Shown here: positions 1-9,379 of the stretch, piece by piece
Layout: every line of letters starts with the position of its first letter
Numbering within the stretch: position 1 is the stretch's first letter
Source: Flaccisagitta enflata
Taxonomy: Eukaryota
Reading direction: 5' to 3'
Assembly: GCA_965153355.1 (NCBI GenBank)
Contig: OZ231126.1
Span: 28,768,001 to 28,832,000, forward strand
Length of the DNA stretch: 64,000 nucleotides
The notes under the pieces: model-generated
What the model saw: the letters and a program-made list of their open reading frames with translations, nothing else
Told to the model about the DNA's origin: nothing
Database searches by the model: none
Program-made: the position numbers and the translations under genes

Positions 1-665
1 TATAAAGATATGAAGATATAATAGTATGAAAATATAAAGATTCAGAGATAAGGAGAAAAATATAAATTGATTCCTCTCTTCCCTCCCCCCACGCCTCCCC
101 ACCCCTCCCCCCGCCTCATCCTCATGAAGAGACATGAAGGGACTTGGAGAGACATGGAGAGATATGGGGAGACATGTAGAGATATGGAGAGACATGTAGA
201 GACATGACTCATGAGGAAACATAAGGAGACATAAGAGACATATAGGGACATGAAGAGACATACGAGACATAAGAGACCTAAGAGATACAAGAGACATAAG
301 AGATATAAGGGATATAAGAGATAAAAGAGATATAAGAGATATAAGAGATATAGGAGATACGAGATATAAGAGATATAAGAGACATAAGAGCCATAAGAGA
401 TATAAGAGACATATGAGACATATAGGAGACATTAGAGACATATAGGAGACATATAGGAGACAAAAGAGACATAAGAGACCTAGGAGACAACGAGACATGA
501 GATACATAAGAGACCTAAGATACATAAGAGAAATAAGAGACATACGAGATATAAGAGACATACGAGATATAAGAGACGTATAGGAGACATACAGGACATA
601 CGAGACATATAGGAGACAAAAGAGACGAAAGAGATGAAAGAGACATAAGAAATATAAAAGACAAC
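1..665. repeat. Degenerate ~9-bp satellite (AGAGAYATA-like units)
   Basis: Repeated gagatataa/gagacataa/gagacatat units, densest at 130-660; explains the spurious minus-strand ORFs. Confidence 0.8.
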
Positions 666-1557
666 AAAAAACATGAAGACTGAAGAGAAAACCTTAAAAA
701 TCGCGTTTTAGAATTTTCGCGTTCCACTCAGACAGACAGACATTCCTACCAAGGGACAGACCCTCTTATAGAGATGCGAGGACGCATCTTAAAATATCGA
801 GAAAAAAACCTCTGTACAAATTCTTTTACTGATCAATCAGTCAGTTCTATGTCACTCCAATACATGTGACTAAGGCGAGCAAAGGCAAAATAACTCTCGG
901 CTGCTTTTGAAGTTGATTGAATTATTAATTGAACAGAGGAAATCAAGGGAAGTGAAAATGATTTATGATTCATTCTTGAGCTTCATAAATTTAATAGAAA
1001 CTGCCCGTTACCCACTCAGTCATTCTTGCCTTCTATCCCTCTACACTATTCCTCACTAACACCCTTTACCTCTCTACCCTGTCATGTCTTTTTCTCTCTC
1101 CCCCTAACTTTTTTCCTCCTCTTGGAATCTGTCTCTTGGTACCTCCTTATCAACCTCCGACCGTCCGTCAACCTTTATGTCTCCCATTCAATCTACTACT
1201 TCTTTTTTTCATCCGTCTGTCAGTCTGTCTGCCTAGCAGTTTGTCCGCCGATCTGTCGCTTTTAGTCAGTCGCTGTCTTTCTGAATGTCTCTCTCGCTCT
1301 GTTTTTCTTCCCTACTTTTTTTTCTCTCTCTCTCCGTCTTGCCCTCTTTTTTTTCTTTCCTCCTTTCTCTCTTTCATTCTTTCTCTCTTTCCTTCTTTCT
1401 CTCCTTCCTTCTTTCTCTCCTACCTTCTTTCTCTCTCTCATTCATTCCTTCTTTCTCTCTTCTCTCCTTTTTCTCTTTTCTTCTTTTTCCCTTACCACTT
1501 TCTCTTTCCTTCACTTTCTCTTTCCTTCTCTTTCTCTTTCCTTCTTTGTCTCCATCC

Positions 1558-2110
1558 TTTTTGGGCAGCGGCCCCAAAGGGCCGATGTCCTGTAGAACAC
1601 AGGGGGGAATTTCCATATGTCCGTCCTTCCGTCCGTCCTTCCGTCCCCCCCCGGCAATCAAGGCCTCAAATTTGCCCTCCCAGCCCTCAAATTTGCCCTC
1701 CCAGCCCTCGATTTAGCCCTCCAGGCCTAAAATCAGCTTTCCAGGCTTCAAATCAGCCCCCCCCCCGCCTCAAATCTGATCTCCAGACCTCAAATCTGCC
1801 TTCCAGACCTTCAATTAGCCCTCCAAGCGTAAAATCAGCCTTCCATGGCTTAAATTTTCCCTCAAAACCCTAAATCGGCTCTCCAAGCCTTAATTCTGCC
1901 CTACAGCCTTCAAATATGCCTTCAGCGGCCTAAATCAGTCATCTAAGGCATGAAATATGCCGTCTCAGGACGTATGGAAATTCCCCCTGTGTTCTACAGG
2001 ACATCGGCCCTTTGGGGCCGCTGCCCTGCTTTCACTCCACTTCTTCACTGGATCACTCCTAGCAGGGCATCGGGTACCGCTGACCATGTGCGATCCTTGG
2101 ATGACTAGTT
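1558..2110 (+). mobile_element. Non-autonomous repeat family B (Helentron/HINE-like, asymmetric subterminal inverted repeat)
   Basis: GGGCAGCGGCCCCAAAGGGCCGATGTCCTGTAGAACACAGGGG near 1563 and its reverse complement near 1985-2027; internal ~21-bp tandem units; conserved 3' tail (GGGCATCGGGTACCGCTGACCATGT). Related copies at ~8771, ~44066, 49618, 52003 and 57930. Confidence 0.7.
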
Positions 2111-2200
2111 CTCTCCTTCCTCCTTTCTTTTCTTCCATCAGTTCTCTTTCCCTCTTTCCTCTTTTCTCTCTTTTCTTCTTTCTCTCCTTCCGTCTCTCTC

Positions 2201-2236
<36 letters not shown>

Positions 2237-2239
2237 CCT

Positions 2240-2332
<93 letters not shown>

Positions 2333-2375
2333 TTCTCTCTAACGTCAACTCTCCATTTTCCATTTTTGATTGCAG

Positions 2376-2457
2376 TGAACTCGTCACTCAATTTCCTGAT
2401 TTATTGCTTCTTGAGTCCTCACTTCCTCCGAGTTTTCCGTGCAACATTTTGTCGAAG
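2376..2457 (+). CDS. Class A GPCR (probable peptide receptor), exon encoding TM7 and helix 8
   Basis: tgcag|exon|gtaatt; translates xNSSLNFLIYCFLSPHFLRVFRATFCR. NFxxY is the NPxxY variant seen in FMRFamide/myosuppressin/sex-peptide-receptor-type GPCRs. Phase-2 end joins the exon at 3262 (R-CC). Confidence 0.8.
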
Positions 2458-2765
2458 GTAATTGGTGGCAGAGTGATTGAAGTCAATGACATAATTGTCA
2501 AAGGTAATTGGTGGCTGACAGGCTGAGTGATTGAAGTCAATGGCATGTTTTGTCGAAGGTTACTGGTTTGATACGAGGTTGGTGTGAGTGATTGAAGGCA
2601 ATGACATGTTTTGTCAAAGGTTATTGGTTAGATAAAAGTTTGGTGTGATTGAACTTTGAAGTCAATTACATGTTTTGTCGAAGGTTATTGGTTTGATCAA
2701 AGGTTGGTGTAAATGATCGAAGTCAATGACATGTTTTGTCAAAGGTAATTATTTTGATCAAAAGA
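2444..2765 (+). repeat. Degenerate ~45-65-bp tandem repeat, ~6 units, containing the exon end and 5' splice site
   Basis: Units of acatNttttgtcRaag|gtWaYt...gaagtcaat. Confidence 0.8.
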
Positions 2766-3184
<419 letters not shown>

Positions 3185-3261
3185 CTCAAGCCACATTGAC
3201 TGACGCCACATGCGTAACGTACGAATTTCGAAAGCTTAACAGGCCATTTCATGCCATTTAG

Positions 3262-3392
3262 GTGTTGTCCCGGCGATGAGATGAGCGAACGGGACGCAAT
3301 AATGAACGAGCTCAATCATACGACAGCGTCAAGCCTCTCTAGAATGCCATCGGAAGTCGGAGACAGAGACAGGACCGCTCAACGCGCCAAAG
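3262..3392 (+). CDS. Class A GPCR C-tail exon (CCPGDEMSERDAIMNELNH...TAQRAK)
   Basis: catttag|exon|gtgagt; only the phase-2 frame is open, matching the previous exon; CC after helix 8 is a likely palmitoylation site. Confidence 0.75.
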
Positions 3393-3735
3393 GTGAGTGC
3401 GCAGATGAAGTGAGTGAGAATCATGACGGAACGAAATCATACAACAGTGTCATGCCTCTCTAGCATGCCATCGGAAGTCGGAGACAGAGACAGGGCCGCT
3501 CATCGCGCCAAAGGTAAGTGCGCAGATGAAGTGAGTGAGAATCATGACGGCGCTCAATTAATCAATAATTATACAACAGTGTCATGCCTCTCTAGCATGT
3601 CATCGGAAGTCGGAGACGGAGACACAGACAGAGCCACTCAATGCGCCAGAGGTGAGTGAGCAGATCAATTGAGTAGGCATCATGAAAAAGCTCATCCATA
3701 CAAAAGCGTCAAGCCTCTCTAGAATGCCATCAGAA
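3302..3735 (+). repeat. ~121-bp degenerate tandem repeat (3.5 units) spanning the exon end and donor site
   Basis: cctctctagMatgYcatcggaagtcggagac...cgccaRag|gtRagt occurs three times, plus a partial fourth unit. Confidence 0.85.
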
Positions 3736-3913
3736 CATTACCCACATAGTATTACCCTAAAGCAGAAGCCTGAATCGCCAAAACGAACCCCCTTGAATGA
3801 GCCTAATTATACCGCCGCGTCGAGTTATGGCATCTGGAATGCCACCAAAGGTTACAACTCTCAGGATTGTGTAAATATGATGATTACTTCTCATTTACCT
3901 AAAGCTAGACCAA

Positions 3914-4628
3914 TCAGGTGTGTCAAAAAATAAAAAACATCTTTGATCAGATCATCCTCATCAGAGAGTGTAAACAAACAAATTTTAAGACTTTTACCAT
4001 TTTTATTTTTTCAAATTTCAGTCATCTTCCGTTTTTTTAGGGCAGGAAAAGATTGTCCAAAATATATATACTTCCAGAGTCTTTACCTAGTTTTGTTGAA
4101 AATAAGACCCAAAACTTCAATAAAGATTATCAAATTCTATTTCTTTTTATAATTTTGGTGGTAAAGAAACAAGGCCGGATACACGGCTACCCCAGTCGCG
4201 TGCGGGTGGGCAGGGGCCATAATTGAGGTCACCAGATTGTTTGGGCAGGAGCGGTAAGGCCAAAAACCGCAAAAACCCAAAAAAAGTAAAGTGTGACGGA
4301 CCGACGGACCGACGGACCGACGGACGGACCGACAAAGCGGGGTGTAGAGTCGCGTAGCACGCGACTAACAACTTTTACCTAATCCCAACTAGAAATCGAA
4401 GCAAGATATTTAAATGGGTACTATTTCTACATTTATAAACAATAATTCTGATACAAAATCGATAACACAGCAATATACAAATTAACGCTAAAAAGGGGTT
4501 TTGAAAAAAACGGAAGATGACTGAAATTTAAGAAAATAAAAATGGTAAAAGTCTTAAAATTTGTTTGTTTACACACCCTGATGAGGATGATCTGATCAAA
4601 GATACTTTTTATTTTTTGACACACCCGA
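3914..4628. mobile_element. MITE with long TIRs and 9-bp TSD (Mutator-like), containing a HINE insertion
   Basis: TIR TCAGGTGTGTCAAAAAATAAAAA...TTTTTATTTTTTGACACACCCGA, >100 bp imperfect; TSD CTAGACCAA at 3905-3913 and 4629-4637. Confidence 0.85.
4167..4368 (-). mobile_element. DINE-1/HINE-like element, family A
   Basis: Read on the minus strand: TTAGTCGCGTGCTACGCGACT 5' hairpin, (GTCC/GTCG)n, 3' subTIR GCACGCGACT, stem-loop GCCGTGTATCCGGC, then CTTGTT. Confidence 0.8.
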
Positions 4629-5089
4629 CTAGACCAATACTAGTAGCTATCCCAACCAACACCCACCAAATTGGAAGTGGAATGACCGCTTCCACAACCC
4701 AAAAGGCACACACATACAAATCCACATGACCAATCATAACACCCACGCACACAAAAGTACACATAAACATGAACATACCAACACACAAAATGCAAGAAAC
4801 AAACACGCATACGAAGACAAATGAACACACAGACAAAAAAACACACAGACAAAAAAACAAACGAGCAAACAAACACACACACACAGCCAGCCAGCACACA
4901 CAACCACTAAATTCTTCAATCTTGAAGCTCGACAAGAAATTTAAATTCAGAAATAAACCTGTTTCCCGAAATAAAGGCGTGTGAAGCTGAAGGTTGTCTT
5001 TGAATCAAAACAAGAAAATCGCCGTTATAGGAAAAGCAGTATAACGACAAAGACAGCAAAAAGTCGAAAACCTTCGGCACATGGCTTTC

Positions 5090-5130
5090 TATAAAAATAC
5101 AACGATCATCATTTAGTGACGCACTCAGCT
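5090..5130 (+). promoter_or_regulatory. Possible core promoter of the nested Ig-like gene
   Basis: TATAAAA at 5090-5096 with Inr-like TTAGT/TCAGC 23-35 nt downstream and the ATG at 5141; motif evidence only. Confidence 0.3.
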
Positions 5131-5820
5131 AGAAAAGAGAATGCAGATTTTCATTGCTGCGCCATTTTTCCTTTTTTGGACATTGTTCTTGAAAGTCCAT
5201 GCCAACGAGAATTTCACCTTCTGGTTTACCAGTGGGCAGTTGTTCATCGAAGGTGATGTTGTTGAGCTGTACTGTCCGCGACTCGCCCTTAAAGACACCG
5301 CTGACTACATTTACTTCCCGGGACTTTGGTTTGAATCGGATCGACGTTGGTACGTGCGTTCGACGAAAACTCTGATTTTTGCACCAAACATAAAAAACCC
5401 GAACGACAGTGACGGACTGCGTTGTTCTGACGCTCGCTTCAACTGCTCCGCTTTGGACTGCGACGAACAAATTCAAAGGGAAAATTGTGCGAATATGTTA
5501 TCAAGAGTTGTGAGCGTGGAATCGGTCGACAATTCTATCGAGATTCCGAATGAAGTGAGAGCAAGAAAAAAACACAAACCGGCGATTCCACTTTCGTCAC
5601 CATTGTCATTTGTCAAGTTCACAATCCGCGCTGCCTGGGAGTTCGGGGATGGCATATTTCATTGCTCCAATGGCTCGCTTTTGTCACCTGCAGCACTCGC
5701 TTTGGATCAAGACGCAGACAATTCAACGTCAGACTTGATTTTCCGGATGCCCAAGACGAAATTGAATTATGTGGTCGGCGAAATCCATCAACTTTGGAGT
5801 CGTTGGATTCACGTGGTCAT

Positions 5821-6192
5821 CCGGGGTGCCGATTCTGTATGGCTGCCGCGTAGCAAGGATTTGCCAGCGAAGGCTGCCGCACTTTCTTTGCATCTAAAAT
5901 CTTTCTGCTTTCTTACTAAATTAGCCCTCTGACGCTTAATTGATAATCCTGTTACTTACCTACTATTGTAAAAACAGGTTTAACTTCACATCATTAAGGT
6001 TATCAGAATATCTTGCTCTTCATCCTAGAATACTTCTAGACTCCTCTCTACTTCTAGACTTCTCTCTTCCTTTCCTTCATCCTCATCTTGCAATTTTGAT
6101 CAGTTTTCCCCACCAAGTGCCACAGCTGCCGCACCTGGCGGCTTGCCTGCCGCGTAGCATTGCTACCCTGCTACCCTGAATCGGCACCCCGG
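5821..6192. mobile_element. hAT-like MITE inserted in coding sequence
   Basis: Perfect 15-bp TIR CCGGGGTGCCGATTC / GAATCGGCACCCCGG; perfect 8-bp TSD GTGGTCAT at 5813-5820 and 6193-6200; homologous copy at 42432-42761. Confidence 0.9.
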
Positions 6193-6503
6193 GTGGTCAT
6201 TACTGACTCACTGGAGTTGTACGTTAATGACGGCAGGATAGGAGAACGATTGGATATCAATTGTCGCGCCAACATGCGGTGGAGAGGGCATATAATCAAA
6301 TGGCTTAGGTCTGATGATTATGGCGGGGGTTGGGGCGGCTGGTGGACCGGTTCTGACTTCCAAGCGACCTGGGGCCCTCTTGCAAGCTGGAAGCATGATT
6401 CATCGGAGGTTTCATGTACCCTCGATTACAGCATAGCATATAGCTACAGCAACCCCCCAAGATTTAGAAGCTATTCCGATGAACCCGTCATGAAGGTGAT
6501 ATA

Positions 6504-6970
6504 CACGCACTTGACTGAGTAACAACCTTCTTTATAACAACGTTGAGGCTCAAAATGTCAAAAAAATAAGAACATTTGTAGCAACATCGTCAGCCTCAGA
6601 AAATCAAAAATACAACAACATTTCAGCCTCATGTCCAACCAATAATAACTTTTCTCTTAGATTCGCTATAATTTCCGTTGCATTCAATTGTAACATGCGG
6701 CGGTTTTGAAGAAGGGGTGGCTTTTTCTTCTGTATTTCAGTTATAACAACATTTTGTCCCTTTATTTCATTCCTACCCTAGATCCCTTTCATTCCAGAGA
6801 AAGCAGCGAAAGGAATGGAAGTACAGACATCCTAATCAATCGTTACATTAGAAGATTGATAAGAAAAAAATAACAACAGTTTAGCAACGGTTTGAGCCTC
6901 ATATCGTCATTCAAATAACAACATTGAGCCTCAGAAAAAAATAACCCGTTGTTACTCAGTCAAGTGCGTG
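6504..6970. mobile_element. Tc1/mariner-like MITE inserted in coding sequence
   Basis: Perfect 23-bp TIR CACGCACTTGACTGAGTAACAAC; TA TSD at 6502-6503 and 6971-6972. Confidence 0.9.
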
Positions 6971-8485
6971 TACCCTTACCTGCTCAACGTTACCGCAGCC
7001 GAACCGTCCTCGACCGAAAAGACAACGGACCAATTGACAACGTCTATGCAAGCCAAGACAACATTGGACGATGGTGCATCATTGGACCCGACGACCATTA
7101 ATGAACCAACAACTCTGTCATCAATCGCCAGCTCTGGATGGAGCGAGAAAAACGCAAGGCCATCCGCTGAGACAACAAACTGTGACAGCTGTGGATATAG
7201 AGAGAACCTTAGACCTGACGTCAACAAAACACGTGCAAGGCACTACCACTGTGAGGCCATTGATTGAAACAACTGCTGAGGGTAACACAGTAATGGACAG
7301 TAGTGCAACAATCGGCATATCAACAGCTAACGATCCATCAACACTATCATCAATCACAGATGGAAGCGAAGAATTTTCAGTATCAGCAAAGAACGAGCAG
7401 GGCATAAGAACCACGAAAAAAATGGTTGAAACCACTGCGAAAAGTGACTTGGCAGCCGGAACTATCTCCCAAACTCTAATCATAGTCATCAGCGCCATGG
7501 CTGTTCTTATCTTCATCATTTTTGTCGTTCTCCTCTTCGTAAGCGTCTTTCTGTCGAAAATCATGAATCAACAAAAAAGTAACGTAGAAAACCATAATCA
7601 TATCAGCAACATGAACATCAGCGACGACGGAGTCATTGGAGATAATTGGGACGGGCAGAGCGCTCACACGTACATGAGCTTTCGCAGCAGCGGGAGTTCT
7701 CACATTTACGAAGATATCGACGAGAACGGCTCATCAGCCGAGTATCACCGGTCTACCCAAATTGACATGTCACCTGATTTTCATCACTCAAACACTGACA
7801 ATCCGCCGGTTGAAGACGCAAGCGTCCAACCATCTGTTTGATTGTCATTTAAGTAAACTTACTCATCCCTAAATCAAAACTTGAATGATATATTATACAT
7901 AAAATTTTTTAGCCAAGTTGGAAAACTAATAATTACGTCTTCTAGTACAGCACGGTTGACCAACACTAAATTTTTTTACAATTCGCACAATTTGACGATT
8001 ACATCTGGGAGTAATTGTATTGGTGTATTAATTCATGTGCTAAAATCGTTTTGTTGGGAACGGGGATGTTGAGGCTATGAAAAAGTTACCTATTCATTAT
8101 GCGTTGGTGACGAATTGCTTCCATTTCAATGGAAAAATGATTTATTTTCCTAACAAGTGATTACATATGTATGTATGTATGTATGTATGTGCATTCAATC
8201 GCGGGAACCTAGATCCAAGCATAAAGGATTTCTATCTAGAAACTGATGACGAAGAAAACGGAATGTCTCGACGAAATGGATTGTAAGGTAAGCTTTGCTT
8301 GGCTCATTTAATGAACCAACAGGTCCCAAAATAGACATATCTCGTCCACTAAAAATTGTCTATGCATATCGTGTATTCTGATGGCGTTAATTGTCAGCGG
8401 GACCACTAAAGTACGATCAACCGAGCGGGGCCTCTGAAGCAGAATGTCATGTCATTAACTATCCCCTTTAAAACGAATCTCTCAG

Positions 8486-8641
8486 GTCGGAACAGCCTCC
8501 GGAGTTTGCGGTCGTCGACGTCGACCGGCGGAACGATTCAAATGAAAGACCTTCAAGAGAAGCTGGAAGAAGCGCTGAGAAGCTCCGACTGCGAAAGGGA
8601 AGAAGCCAAAGACCAAGTCAACGCTAGCTTGGCCACTTATG
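8486..8641 (+). CDS. Class A GPCR C-tail exon (GRNSLRSLRSSTSTGG...LATY)
   Basis: ctctcag|exon|gtatga; phase 1/1, in frame with the exons at 3262-3392 and 9198-9379. Confidence 0.65.
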
Positions 8642-9197
8642 GTATGATGATATAGGGATGGTACCAGGCCCGGGGAGTCGGGGGAGTCGAGGGAAGGTGC
8701 ATGCAACGGCTCAAGTGAAAGGGGAAATTAACCAGAGTGACACTTATGACAAAATTTCTGAAGTCGCCATTTTAGGCAGCGGCCCTAAAGGGGACAAAGT
8801 CCTTTAGGACATGAGGACTTCCGCGTGTTTGGCCGTTTTGTGCACCCTCCCTCCACCATGAGCTCTTTCACTTTCAGACCCCAGATCAGGCCTACCTACA
8901 ATTTATCCTTTTAGGCCTCAACTTCTCTGGCTTCATCAGACCCCTTCCGACTCAAACCCCCACTCAAGCATCGAGTCAGCCCTAATGACTTTCAAATACC
9001 TCATATCGCTATCAACCCTTTAAGCTCTAAAATTAGCGATCTCTAACTCCAAATTATCTTATATACGCCTTACCCAGATGTCTCGCTACACTAAGTCAGA
9101 GCGCTTCCTGTGTTTAACAACTCATATCACCCTGCGAATGGAATTGCGTCAGTTGCCGAATAATTGACCCGTCACACTTTTTTCCTCCTTCCGTTAG

Positions 9198-9379
9198 CTT
9201 TACCAGAGGAAGACGAGGATTGCGACAGCGGGCATAGCAGCAGCGGTCACGGCAGTCTGGAGACAACGACTGCAGCAGCAATCGCCAGCGCCATCGCTGG
9301 TAAAACCACAACCAACCCGGAAACCACCAAAGAGTCGCCGAAATACGAGGAGAGACCTAAGATTGGTTCCATGGTCTAA
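9198..9379 (+). CDS. Class A GPCR terminal coding exon, ending ...RPKIGSMV* (class I PDZ-binding motif)
   Basis: Polypyrimidine tract + ttag acceptor; phase 1 in frame; stop TAA at 9377-9379; AATAAA at 10099 and 10135. Confidence 0.65.

Larger units (their letters stand above)
5141..7841 (+). pseudogene. Intronless type I membrane Ig-superfamily-like receptor, disrupted (about 616 aa when repaired)
   Basis: Joining 5141-5820, 6201-6503 and 6973-7841 (removing two MITEs plus one TSD copy each) restores the frame except for one extra nt near 7178. Product: signal peptide MQIFIAAPFFLFWTLFLKVHA; Ig-like 1 (EGDVVELYC...FTIRAAWEFGDGIFHC...WIHVVI); Ig-like 2 (GERLDINC...IKW...HDSSEVSC...YLLNV); S/T stalk; TM LIIVISAMAVLIFIIFVVLLFVSVFL; tail with HTYMSF and HIYEDI. 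Confidence 0.75.

Noticed and set aside
5821-6192. First MITE as a clean introner intron
   Set aside because: No AG at or near the 3' terminus that restores the reading frame; it behaves as a disruptive insertion.
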